Assembly: GCF_006345805.1 (NCBI RefSeq)
Contig: NC_043001.1
Location: 36,766,001-36,830,000, forward strand
From: Octopus sinensis
Taxonomy: Eukaryota
Direction: 5' to 3'
DNA: 64,000 nt
Part shown: positions 1 to 12,388 of the stretch, piece by piece
Numbering within the stretch: position 1 is the stretch's first letter
Layout: each line of letters opens with the position of its first letter
The notes under the pieces: generated by a model
What the model saw: only the letters and a program-made list of their open reading frames with translations
Database searches by the model: none
What the model was told of the DNA's origin: nothing
Position numbers and translations under genes: made by a program

Positions 1-70
1 CACTTCCCGGGCGTTATACTAACACATCTGTTTGTTGTCTACACCACCTGTCTTCGTCTTCAGTTTTTAT
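1..70 (+). repeat. Downstream part of a Penelope-like terminal-repeat family (same family as 2060-2200 and 16975-17100)
   Basis: cacttcccgggcgttatactaacacatctgtttgttgtctacaccacctgtcttcgtc closely matches 17022-17080 and the reverse complement of about 2075-2135; the hammerhead-like part would lie just upstream of base 1. Confidence 0.5.
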
Positions 71-222
71 TTGGGTCCTAATTCTAAACTAAGGAAAAAC
101 CTTCATATTTCTCTCAAATGTTATAGACACCATGATGAAAAGACATGGATGGTGCCTCTCTCTGAATTAGTCATTACACATTTATTTAAAAAAAAAAAAT
201 ATGTATATATGTATGTATGTAG

Positions 223-259
<37 letters not shown>

Positions 260-1461
260 TATTAGCAACCGAGGCATTATTAATACCGAGAAGTAATATA
301 TATCCCCCCCCTTATGTTCTGTTAGAACACACTATACTGAGGTAGATAACATGACAGAATCTCTCTTATTGGCTTTTGGTGCAAAATGCACTTTTGTTTA
401 TATAAATCCCCGACACCTCCAACGAAGAGATCACCAGGTTTATTCTGTTTATCAACGCTTTACAGCAGAATGACTGAGTCACTGAAACAAAAAGACAAAC
501 AAATTATAGCAACTTTAAAAAAACGTACTTTTGCAATATTGAAGCCTGCTTCCGTTAAAGTAACGTCTTTTAAAATTTTATCTATTGACGGATTCAAAAT
601 AATTACTAAAAGTAAGTCGAAAGAATAGATAAACAAGAAATAATATAACTGGGAAGACTAGCGACTTTAATATAATTGGAAAGACTAGAGACATAAAAAA
701 GTAGTATATTTCTTTTTATTTCATTTTATCTCTGCATCAATTAACGTTATATTAAATTATCTCATTTGAACGTTTTGATCTTAATTTAATTCATTTTAAT
801 GATTTAATCTGGGGCCAAGGTCAATATCTATGACCTTTCCTCCCCGAGGTTTTAAGGTGGACGAAAATAACAATTTATCAACAATGGATACCAGATCCGA
901 ATGCTTGGTACTGGGTAGACTTCGCCAAAGGCATCCCCAGGACTGTTGTGTGATGTATAACGCTGAAGAGGTGGTCATTAAGGCAACTTTGATCAACGAG
1001 ACCAATGATCAAAGACGTTGCAGTCGTGACTCTCCATTTTCTTCCTAGAACCGGCTACCAAGGATTACATTATCTTCCGTGTTCTTTCTTTTTCTAGGAC
1101 AACGGGAAGTGATTTTAAAGACAATTCTGTTACTATTTCTTGTGAGTTAGGCAAATGAGTCTGCATCAAAAAGATTCTGTCGTTAACTGGTGATGACGCT
1201 AATGACGATGACGAGGAGGAGGAGGAGGGGGAGGGGGAGGAGGAAAACGTATTTCAACACAAATCATTATTCCGAGTGTCATGTTATGATCGACAAATGG
1301 CAGTATTGAGTAGAGCAAGAAAAGGCCAGAAAACATTATGTAACATACTTAAAATATCAAATTTTAACAAGTTTTGACAGTATAACAAAGCTGTTAGAAA
1401 TAGTTCGTTAAAATCCAACTTTCGACACAAGGGCTACGGTCAACTATGTATAGAAAAATGA

Positions 1462-1650
1462 TAATTTCTTACATAGGTACAAGGCCAGATATTTGGATGG
1501 TGATATTAATCTATTGTATTAAACCGAGTAGATGATGGGCATATATTTCATCGACCTCAAAAAGATGAGAGGCTAATTTGAACGCAGGGGCTTAACATTT
1601 GAACTGAGAATGTAAACAGGCGGAAAAACTCCGCAAAATCATTTCCTCTG
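1462..1650 (-). mobile_element. Decayed SINE-A copy
   Basis: Reverse complement retains degenerate tctcatctttttgaggtcgatgaaata core and ggccttgtacc tail motifs of SINE-A. Confidence 0.45.
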
Positions 1651-1755
1651 ACGCTCATAGAAAATGTACGTTGTTCAAATTGGATATATTGTTGCACCTT
1701 GGAAGATTCATAAGGGCAATGAGAATAACACAGGCACAGTTTCAATATATGTGAG

Positions 1756-1758
<3 letters not shown>

Positions 1759-1818
<60 letters not shown>

Positions 1819-1896
1819 TGTGTATGTGTGTGTGTACACACATGCACATGTATGCATATATGTATCTATTTATATATAAATATTATTACAAAGATG

Positions 1897-1934
<38 letters not shown>

Positions 1935-2055
1935 GGCATATATATATTATTCATATATATATATGTATGTATATATGTGTCTATATACATATAATAGATA
2001 TATATAAATGTATGTGTGTGTGTTTATGTATATATATATGTGTGTGTATATATAT
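1759..2055. repeat. Compound (TG)n/(TA)n microsatellite
   Basis: Directly visible dinucleotide runs. Confidence 0.97.
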
Positions 2056-2059
2056 TGTT

Positions 2060-2200
2060 GAAATTTACAGAAAAACAAGACGAAGGCAGGCGTATGAACA
2101 AGCAGGTGTATTAGTTTGACGCTCAGGGAAGTGAGAAAGTCTCTTACGGTTCGAGCCTACGCTCTTCAGCAGAAAGGATAAAGAGAAAATAAAGAGAGAG
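2060..2200 (-). repeat. Penelope-like terminal repeat with decayed minimal hammerhead (2141-2176)
   Basis: Minus strand CTTT-CTGCTGA-A-GAGC-gtag-GCTC-GAAC-CGT-A-AGAG keeps hammerhead topology with two core substitutions. Confidence 0.55.
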
Positions 2201-2873
2201 AGAATTTTAAAAACTTGTAGATTTAAGGGCCAAGCATTGCGACTGGTTAGAAAAACAATGGTTTGACAGGAACGGTTGAAAGAAGGGGAGATGATAAAGT
2301 ATTGGTGATCCCAAAACGAAGGTGCCCGTGCGTATGTGTGTATGTGAGAATGTACAAGTGTGTGTGAATGTGGATAGGGGCTAGTGACTTTGACGTGTGG
2401 ATGTGTGCATGTGTCAGTATGTGCGGGTGTGGATGATGGTGAGGGTACTTGGAAGTGGTCAGTGCTAGCGTGTATGGAGTGGTGTGACGCGGTGTGGTTA
2501 TGTTGGTGTGTGATGTGGGTGTGTTGTGGGTAGGGGGTCGCGTTGGGATATTAACAAGAACCATATATAAGAATATGTATTTGTTTGTGTGTGCAAGTGA
2601 GTTTATATATGTATATATATAAATTTAAAATAAGAGTGAAAAATTGAATATTGATTTGATTAAAATCAATTTAAAACCAGTGGTCTAGCATATAGAAAAA
2701 TCTGAAGATTCAGAAAGATTATAAGAGGGATGACCACTAAGTGGACATCTATTATGCTAGAAGTCGACCCCCTATGGTCTTACCACTAAGAAATGAATGT
2801 TCTCAAGAAAATTTAGCAAAGGCCAGAACGTAAGCGAGCAAGACAAATGAAAAGATACAAAATATACAGATTA

Positions 2874-2944
2874 ATCACAAACCAGTTTCGTTGTTAACAC
2901 TTACATAACCACTTACGTAGATGTCCGCAACTCGTCAGTGTGAT
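2874..2944 (-). ncRNA. Type I hammerhead ribozyme, intact core
   Basis: Minus RNA AUCACA-CUGACGA-GUUG[34 nt]CAAC-GAA-ACUGGU-U/UGUGAU: 6-bp helix I, canonical CUGANGA and GAAA, 4-bp helix II closed by G-C, near-palindromic helix III, GUU cleavage triplet (cut between 2880 and 2879). Confidence 0.8.
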
Positions 2945-3283
2945 CTTCATAGCAAGATATAAGTGATTACGTGTGTGCATGTTTGTGTGTGTGTTTCTGT
3001 GTGTGCACGCGCGCGCATAAATCAAATATTTGCATACTCAAGTGCTAAATGTTCATACCAATTCTTATTAAAACGTTAATAATTTTTAAAGAATAATCCG
3101 GAAAGGACCGCATATATTCATATGCGCTTGCACGTGAGTATGAGTGTGTGTGTGCAGTGATTGTCTGTAGATATTAACAAAAACCATATATAAAGAACAC
3201 TTACAGATATTTCTTCCACAGTAGTTTTGTGTTTCTTTTTCTGTATGTCTTTTTGATGTTCTCTTTCCTTCCTCTCCTCCGCG

Positions 3284-3314
<31 letters not shown>

Positions 3315-3429
3315 ACTCTCTCTCTTTCCCCCTTTTATTCGTTTATTTGCTTGTCTAATATGCAAAGCATTTAAATAGTTTGATATGTACATTAATTCAT
3401 ACACATATAACACATGTGTGCGTGTGATT

Positions 3430-3543
3430 CAATTTGAACTAATACACACACATACATATACATATATATATAATGTGTATACATTAATCTGCATATATAT
3501 TACATTCTGTAATGTTTACATGTATATATATATATATAATATA

Positions 3544-3582
<39 letters not shown>

Positions 3583-3599
3583 CATATACCTACATACAT

Positions 3600-3631
<32 letters not shown>

Positions 3632-3678
3632 GATAGAAACATACTTATACAAATAAATAAATTTATACTCATATGCAT

Positions 3679-3734
<56 letters not shown>

Positions 3735-3735
3735 A
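3430..3735. repeat. Compound (TA)n/(CA)n microsatellite
   Basis: Directly visible. Confidence 0.95.
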
Positions 3736-4329
3736 ATACGTGCGCTTGTACACATGTATTCATGTTTTGTTAAAGTTGCGCTTCTTACAAGTTCTATGTA
3801 AAAGATATGCCTTGTAATTTTTGAAGAATATTTATCTTGCTCAGTTTCAGAGATGGGAAATAATTGAAAACAAATATTAACCGAGGTAGCAAAATGTCGT
3901 ATCTGTTGCTTACGGAAATTAAACGGGTGTAAGTTCACTCTATAATGAACTCCACCCGACAAGAAACTGTAGTTTTCTGTTAAATTATCATGATCGCAGT
4001 TTCATATGTCGTTTTCTGATTTGTTTTATATTTCGTTTTTGATAAATAAATCATATTAATTAATTCTTTGATGCCAAGAAAATAAATTTAAAAGGTTGAA
4101 GAAGTAAAGCACTACAACAATAACAAAAACTGTAGCAGCTAAAATCAAAACGACGACGCAGACGACCAAGCGATGTAGAGAACGCAGGGGATGCAGACGA
4201 CAATGTCAACGATGACGACGATGTTGATAAGCAACAGGAAGGGTACGTGAAATATGTTTATGAAGGAAATGGAATGTAGGAATGTTCTTTGTCGCATAAG
4301 ATTGAAAAAGAATGTTTGGTTGTGACAAA

Positions 4330-6035
4330 GTAAAATGGAAAGTAAAAAATAAAAAGAACGGAAGAACGAATGAAAGGAAATATAACCGAGGGATTGAAGA
4401 AGAAAAAAAAGGAAAATACAGAGGTATTGTAGAGAAAAAACAGGAAGGGATGAAAGAGAGGTAAGTGAAATTGAGAGAATGAGAGAAATATGAGAAGGTA
4501 AAAGAAGAGAGAAGGAAAGAAGGGTGGACGGAAGAAATGAAGGAAGGAAGGAAGGAAGGAAGGAAGGAAGGAAGGAGGAAGGAAGGAAGGAAGGAAGGAA
4601 GGAAGGAAGGAGGAGGAAGGAAGGAAGGAAGGAAGGAAGAGAAGAGAGGGAGAGAAAAGGAAGAACGGGAAAGAAGGAAGAAGGTTAGAAAGAAATAGAT
4701 GATATAATAGAAAGAAGCAAAGGAAAGAAAGAATGAAATAATGATTGAATTTGAATGAAGATAAAGGTGGAATAGTATAAGTAAGGGAAGGAAGGACAGG
4801 GAAAAGGAAAGATAAAGGGAAGGAAAAGAAAAACGGAAGAAATTAGAAGGGAAAGAAAGTAGAAAGATTAAAAAGAGGAGAAAGAGAAGAACGATAGGAA
4901 AGAAAGCCTAAAGGAAGGAATTAATTAATTCTTGAATAGAAAGGTAATATTATAAGGGAAGTAAGGCGGCGAGCTGGCAGACACGTTAGCACGCCGGGCG
5001 AAATGCTTTGCGGTATTTCGTCTGCCCTTACGTTCGGAGTTCAAATTCCGCCGAGGTCGACTTTGCCTTTCATCCTTTCGGGGTCGATTAAATAAGTACC
5101 AGTTACGCACTGGGGTCGATGTAATCGACTTAATCCGTTTGTATGTCCTTGTTTGTCTCCTCTGTGTTTAGTCCCTTGTGAGTAGTAAAGAAATAGGTAT
5201 TTCGTCTGTCGTTACGTTCTGAGTTCAAATTCCGCCGAGGTTGACTTTGCCTTTCATCCTTTGGGGGTCGATAAATTAAGTACCAGTTACGCACTGGGAC
5301 CGACTTAATCCGGTTGTCTGTCCTTGTTTGTCACCTCTATGTTTTGCCCTTTGTGGGTACTAAAGAAATAAGAAAGAAGCAAAGGAAGGAAAGAAAGAAT
5401 AATGAATGAATCTGAATGAAACTAAAGGACAGAGGCAGAGCGAGAGGGGGAGGGAGAGAGAAAGAGAGAGAGAAGGTTGAGAGGGAAGGAAGAGAAACAA
5501 AAAGAGAGAAAGGTGTAACCAAGTGGGAATGAACTTAAGATCGCATGGTGGCAAAGTAAGCTTATTTACAACACAGCCATGCCTGCACTTTTGTAGAGAG
5601 AAATTGATTAAATATGTTTGATAATTTCCAAATAAGATTTGAAAAATATAGAAGAAAAATAATAAAGAAGAAAAGAGAAGAAAAATTATTTAAAAAACGG
5701 ATGAAAGGAAAAACTAAGAGAAACGAAATATTTAAGAAAGTAATTTGGGATATGGAGTAAAAGAGAACAAGAAAGAAAGAAAGAAGGATAGAAAGAAAGA
5801 AAGAAAGAATGAAAGAAAGAAAGAAAGAAACAGAGAAAGAAAGAAACAGAGAAAGAAAGAAAGAAACAGAGAAATAGAGAGAGAGAGAAAGAGCGATAAA
5901 GAAAGAAAGAAAGAAAGAAACAGAAAAAGAAAGAAACAGAGAAAGAAACAGAGAAAGAAAGAAAGAAAGAAAGAAATAAAGAAAGAAAGAAAGAGAGAGA
6001 GAGAAAGAGTGATAAAGAAAGAAATAAAGAAAGAG

Positions 6036-6070
<35 letters not shown>

Positions 6071-6086
6071 AAGAGTGATAAAGAAA

Positions 6087-6122
<36 letters not shown>

Positions 6123-6660
6123 AAAAAATGAATGAAAGTGAGAGAAAGAGCGATAAAGAAAAAAAAATGGGTAGAAAGATTGATAGGAAGTAACATAAAG
6201 GGGGGGATCTATAAATAAAGAAAGGAAATGGTAAAAGAAAGTCCAAGAATGAATAAAAGACATTTTTGCTGAAAGTCCAGCAGAATAAGAGAACAGAATA
6301 GAATTACGACAGAAAATGTATATATAGAAGGAGAGAGGTGAAATGACTAGAAAGAAAGCGGGAAAAAATGAAAGAGAAGTGAAAGAAATACAAAAAGGAT
6401 CAAAGTATGAACGAAAGAAATCGAGAAAGAAGGAAAGTAAACACGAATGAATAACAGACAAGAAAAATAAATGAATAATATATAGAAAGAAATGTAAAAA
6501 AAAAATACACAAAGAAAATCTGAACTGACATCAAAACGAAGAAAAAGAAATGTCTAAAAAAATGAAAGAAAAAACGAAAGCAAAGTATATAATGAATGAA
6601 TGAAGATCCGAGAAGGAAATTTATTTAATGAATAAATAAATAAATAAATAAATAAATAAG
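4330..6660 (+). repeat. Polypurine low-complexity tract with (GAAG)n, (GAAA)n and higher-order GA units
   Basis: Plus strand almost all A/G except the SINE at 4962-5370; (GAAG)n about 4540-4640, (GAAA)n about 5770-6125. Confidence 0.93.
4962..5370 (+). mobile_element. SINE-A head-to-tail dimer
   Basis: A-box-like TGGCAGACACG, B-box GAGTTCAAATTCC, core gactttgcctttcatcctttcggggtcga; second headless unit starts at the aaata|ggtatttcg junction (5195/5196). Confidence 0.9.
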
Positions 6661-7927
6661 CAAACATAGCAAAGACATATTTCTAGAACAATTCCAAGGA
6701 AGAATGTGTGTATTTATTTTAGATATTGGCAAGAATTGTCTCTTTGAAGCTAAGAAACGCCACACTCTAACTTCTCTGAATAGAATTATGGTAAACCTCA
6801 CGTCTTTGTGGTTCTTTGCAAATTACTCTGGTCCGGTTTGTTGTTGTTGAAGGTGGTGGTTATAGAGGTGATGAGAGTGGTGGGGAGGGGCATAGTGACG
6901 GTGGAAGGTGTTATTGTTCCAGCCTTTGGTGTTGCTGTTATTGATATTGTTGTTGATGTTGTTGTTATGGATCACCTCGGTCATCTATTTGAGATATAAA
7001 TATAGAAATATGACTCAATGACAACCAGAAATAGTATGTAAACACACACACACACGCACACACACGCACGCACACACGAACTGTATATGTACATACATCC
7101 AACCGACAGACTTCCACATACTTCCCGTGTTTCAGTATGAACATTGACGCTCTTACTTTTCATCCCACAAGGCGCCATATAATTCAACCTTGTCACCAAA
7201 CAAGTTCAGTGAGAATAGTAGTTTAGTTGTCGATGATCCGACCATGTGATAGGTTGTGAATATATATATATATACATATGCATATACGGGTTAAGGACGT
7301 CACGAACAGTAAACAACATGAAATACGAATACAAATGAGTTCAATACGCAAACAGCGAGAGAACAAATGGAAAACAGGATAATTAACATAAAGAACGACC
7401 CTTCATCAGCTGTCATCTGTCTATCTACTCTTCATTTCGAGTATTGAACGACAATGTGAGTCTTCGAAGATAGTTGCTCCCATAAGTACCAAAATAAAAT
7501 TTGGGATTTATGGAGGATCAAAGTTGGGAACAAAAACAGAACAGTGGATACACACAAGGAAACCGGACGAAAACAAACATGGAGGATCGTTTGACCAGAA
7601 CGAGGGTAAAATAGTGGACGCTGGAGAAATATTTTCTTTGACAAGAGAAAAGATAGAAGAGAGAGATAGGATACGTCCAGTCCTTTGGATAGTCATGAAA
7701 GAAAAGAAAGATGATCACGCGAGGAAAAGAAAAATAGACGATGGTCACATGTGAGCAACGAGAGAGAGAGGGAGAGAGGAAAGGAAGAAGAGTGAAAGAG
7801 AGAGAGAAAAAACGGTGAAGGGGAGAAAAAAGGGAATTAGAGAAAGGATGAGAGAGGAAACGATGACGGAAGAAAACAGTATAGAGTAGAATCGCATCAA
7901 CACGATTAAGATAAACTTACTTGGAAA

Positions 7928-8027
7928 NNNNNNNNNNNNNNNNNNNNNNNNNNNNNNNNNNNNNNNNNNNNNNNNNNNNNNNNNNNNNNNNNNNNNNNNN
8001 NNNNNNNNNNNNNNNNNNNNNNNNNNN
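7928..8027. other. Assembly gap, 100 N
   Basis: Exactly 100 Ns, probably a placeholder of unknown true size. Confidence 0.99.
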
Positions 8028-9389
8028 ATATATAGGCACGTACATATATGTATATATATATGTATATACGCAACACACACATACCTAGTATATATAAATC
8101 ACAGTATGTGTGTTTATATTGACTAACGCATACATTTCCCCAATTCTCTAACGATGTTCACCAAAATTTACTCACGCATTACTGATGCCCCAAGGATAGT
8201 TAGTCATGCTCTATAGCTCCCACGTAAATAAACAAATCGGGGAAAACGGTGGTTCACATGGGTTTTTTCTCTAATTCGTTGTATGTACATAGTTTTTTGT
8301 AAGTGGGGTCTTCCATACTTTTACATAGTTTTTTGTAAGTGGGGTCTTCCATACTTTTTAATCTATATGGTCGTATATTGGCATGATAGAGAAAAGTTTT
8401 AGTGGTTTTCACATTTTCTTGATTTATTATTTATCTATATGTTGTAATTGTGTGTTATTACTTGGTTATAGAATATTATAAAAGTGAAGGATTTGTCTAT
8501 TTATTTCGACTGTCCACCTGCGACTGTGATTAAATTGACAAGGAACACTGTTCACGATGAATACCCAATACCAAACAATGTTAATCTTCATATTTAAACT
8601 GCATTAAACTTTGGCAAGCTTACCTTTACCAATTATGAGTTATTTGAAAGGTGATGTTCCCTTCCCTCTCTTCTATTTATTGATACCTTTGTTTAACTAC
8701 AAATGCGTTGTTTCACTTTAAAGATACTTATTTACCCATCCATTATGATATTTCGAGCGCGACATCTTTTCACTGCGAACTGCTAAAGATTCAAAACAGT
8801 ATTCATGGACCGAGGTCAAATTCTTCATGTCTTCCTTTTTCGTTACCTGAAGTCAATTTCAGAGTGGTCGTACACTATAAGCACGTGGCAAATACATTCC
8901 TTAAACTCTACTTTTTCAAGTAGATATTTTACACGTACCAATCATACTGCTCTCCGAAAAAGTAGCTCTCTTTGCAGTTGAATATAATAAACTCGCAGAG
9001 GGGAAGTTTCAACGTCTTTTTTCAATTTCCTAACACCAATTTATATGACTGTTTCTGACAAGAAATTTCGCTTTCATGAAAACCACTATATTTTGTAGTT
9101 ATTGTCTGTAATCTACTCTCAAAACACTTCAGTAGTTCTGCTTTGCATCGCTTGCAAACTTATACGTTCTATGATCGTCAAAGTGCAATGATCTCCACAA
9201 TAACCAGCCTTCAATTTGGTTTTCTGGACCTAGGTTAATCAGAAACATAGATTGCCGTGCTACTCATAACCCTTCCCGTTAAGGTCAATTGTTTGATGAA
9301 AAAATACCACCAAAGCAACTTAAAATGTCCAAACGAAGAGTGCGTTTCCTAGTATATATATATATATATATATATACTTTTATATATCT

Positions 9390-9424
<35 letters not shown>

Positions 9425-9428
9425 TAAC

Positions 9429-9480
<52 letters not shown>

Positions 9481-9481
<1 letters not shown>

Positions 9482-9785
9482 AGGCGCAATGGCCCAGTGG
9501 TTAGGGCAGCGGACTCGCGTCGTAGGATCGCGGTTTCGATTCCCAGGCCGGTCGTTGTGAGAGTTTATTGATCGAAAACACCTAAAAGCTCCACGAGGCT
9601 CTAGCAGGGGGCGGGGTGATCCCTGCTGTACTCCTTCACCACTCTTTCGCCCACTCTTTCTTCTGTTGGCCTGTTGCCGCTAGTCTCAGCGGGGCCTTCG
9701 AAGCTAAAACGAAGGAAAAGCGACGCTGTGCTAACAACATCGGATGCTGTCAACAACATGCGATGATCGTCATATGTCGGACGTG

Positions 9786-9788
<3 letters not shown>
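9481..9788 (+). mobile_element. SINE-C (tRNA-derived head) with tail type 2
   Basis: A box TGGCCCAGTGG, B box GGTTTCGATTCCC, body aaagctccacgaggct...ccctgctgtactc; tail homologous to 53910-54031. Confidence 0.88.
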
Positions 9789-9842
<54 letters not shown>

Positions 9843-9915
9843 AAAGAAATAAGCGATTAAAAATCCTGGCATATATCAACAATATACTGTATTAAAATAA
9901 TCTGGTCATCAATAT

Positions 9916-10244
9916 GTGAAGGCGCGTGGCTTAGTGGTTAGGGCATTCGGCTCACGATTGTAAGGTCGTGAGTTCGATTCCAAGCGATGCGTTGTGTCCT
10001 TGAGCAAGACACTTTATTTCATGTTGCTCCAGTCCACTCAGCTGGCAAAAATGAGTTGTACCTGTATTTCAAAGGGCCGGCCTTGTCACACTGTGTGTCA
10101 CGCTGAATCTCCCTGAGAACTACGTTATGGGTACACGTGTCTGTGGAGTGCTCAGCCACTTGCACGTTAATTTCACGAGCAGGCTGTTCTGTTGATCGTA
10201 TCAGCTGGGACCCTCGTCGTCGTAACCGACGGAGTGCTCCTAGA
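9916..10244 (+). mobile_element. SINE-D (tRNA-derived head, CORE-like gtgtccttgagcaagacac) with tail type 4
   Basis: A box TGGCTTAGTGG, B box GAGTTCGATTCC; 12-bp TSD ggtcatcaatat at 9904-9915 and 10245-10256. Confidence 0.92.
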
Positions 10245-10449
10245 GGTCATCAATATTCAACATTAAAACATCAGTAAACGTAAGTAGAATACAGATCTTA
10301 TGCATGACAAGTAGATACAAATATCCTATGCCAGAATTTCGAGAAATTCAGAGTATTTGACATATAGAAAAAAATTACATCTTTGTTATAGATCTTACCC
10401 CATAAAGCAGAATCGTTTCTATTGCATTCACACACACACGCACGCACAC

Positions 10450-10482
<33 letters not shown>

Positions 10483-10500
10483 CACCACCACACCACACAA

Positions 10501-10536
<36 letters not shown>

Positions 10537-10724
10537 TTATATATATATATATTAAAATTAAAATAGCATGTAGCAGGTGAACCAATGTAATAATAATTAT
10601 GATCCTGAGTTATTACCTTACACTGAAAGATTATATTTTTCCTTCAACACTGATTTTCTAAATGGCATAAAATCTTGTTTTTACGATTACACAGACATTT
10701 ATTCATTGTATTTGGTGTTCATAT

Positions 10725-11160
10725 TTAAAAAATTTTTTTACTAATTCTCCTCTCAAAATTAGGCGTTAATGTGGGATTTGTTATTATTACAATTATATTA
10801 AAGTTAGGTGATAACCTGACTGTATTTTCTTGAAGAAAGTTACTATATAATTCTTCTGAATTAATTATAGAATCGAAACCTAGTTCAGAAACATTATCAT
10901 TAGAGTTACTTTCATAATACACATCATCTATTCTACTCTTGTTTATAGATTTCAAATTGAGATATTCCCCAATTCGCTGTGTATTGTGTGCTGTTATAAT
11001 CTCAGCTAAATTTCTAGTGGTTGAATACGAAAGCTTATTACTATGGCAATTAAATAATTATCCATATTCTCTTAAAGTTGGGAAATACCTACCTAGAGCT
11101 ACATCGTACAATTTTGGTAATTCTACATATGACTTTTGCCTTGAAGAATAAATTTTATGG
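10725..11160 (-). mobile_element. Decayed Penelope-like element ORF remnant (RT to GIY-YIG linker region)
   Basis: Minus frame reads GRYFPTLREYG*LFNCHSNKLSYSTTRNLAEIITAHN, resembling the PLE motif HFP...IFNRNTVKxSYSCxxNxxxIIxxHN (recognised from memory, not searched). Confidence 0.5.
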
Positions 11161-11289
11161 AATTTTAATGAGCTTTACAATAAGATCTTGCCATGAATAT
11201 CGAAAGATATTCAGATATTTCAATTCTTAAATATGATAGCTTTTCATGTTATTTATATTGAGGTTAATTTGTCTAAAAGCCTTACTACA

Positions 11290-11620
11290 TTTAAAAAATA
11301 GATAACTAATTGTTGTCACGTAAAAATCTTTGTGTTTCTAATTATCACAACGCAGAATTCTTACGTTTACTTTTTATTCCTTAGTTATCCAGTGACGTCG
11401 CCAATCATTGAATACGAAAACAGCCTTTTTAAATTATATTTTTCCATGTTTCTAATTGTCATAATATAGAATTCATATGTTTAATTCTTTTATTATTTTG
11501 TAATCCACTGACGTCAGCAATAGTTGAATACAAAAATGGTCTTCCTTAAATATGCTTATTTTTTTATTTCTATAATGTTTTTCGATATCCACAGATGTCG
11601 CCATTAGTTGAATACAGCAC
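11290..11620 (+). repeat. Degenerate tandem repeat, about 116-bp unit, 2.5-3 copies
   Basis: Motif TCCA(C/G)(T/A)GA(C/T)GTC(G/A)..AAT..TTGAATAC recurs at about 11388, 11504 and 11588; tgtttctaatt..ca.aa...agaattc recurs at about 11333 and 11447. Confidence 0.7.
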
Positions 11621-11659
11621 TGTTTAAGATTGAATTCCCTCTAAGCGCGCGCTCGTGTT

Positions 11660-11768
<109 letters not shown>

Positions 11769-12388
11769 ATGTTTGATGTTGCTTCTTGGTTGTTAAACAT
11801 CGGATAAACGAGCAATGGAATGATTCTTCAATGACACCTAAGAAATCCTATATGACTGGGATTTAAAAGGCTGCTGTATTGGGTAACAATGATTTCGAAT
11901 ACCATCAGCTGGATTGACAAAGCGCATTACTTGGTGTAACAGTAGAATTGAGAGGTCAACCATTTCTGCCTAAAACGCTACAAAAAATATTTCTATATTC
12001 TGTATCAAAGATTTTGGTAAGATCTACAAAACAATGTACATACCTTAATGTTTTTCTGTACATTTCTTGAAGAAAATACAGAAAGTGAATACAACCTCGA
12101 TAGATTTTCCCTTCGATTTACTCAAAAAATATACAGAAATTCTAGGAGAGCCCTCACAACATAGCGTCCAAGAAGTATAAAATACGTAATCTGTTGGGTG
12201 ATATTTTTCCAACTTCATACCAGAGATTTCTCCACGATTTCCAAAGAGAGATCAATTACCTTTCTTTTTTATTTTTTCACATACACAATATCGATATTAA
12301 TGTGTTCGGTTTCCAAAGTAAAGCTCTTCCAAATTATAGTGATTTTTCATGAAATCTGGTTACTAAGCTTATACTTTGAACATAGATT

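Noticed and set aside
7395-7420. Other CTGANGA hits (7404, 17670, 19254, 40373, 41633, 45547, 54103)
   Set aside because: No properly placed GAAA with helix II and helix I pairing
7280-7740. Purine-biased segments here and at 42900-43400 that feel like Penelope-related repeats
   Set aside because: I could not show an alignment or diagnostic motif from this window alone
8286-8357. 36-bp perfect direct duplication (a 30-bp imperfect one also lies at about 641-693)
   Set aside because: Ordinary local slippage products with no further structure
9481-9560. tRNA gene-like heads of SINE-C and SINE-D
   Set aside because: A and B boxes are present but there is no 3' acceptor strand or terminator, and each runs into a SINE body
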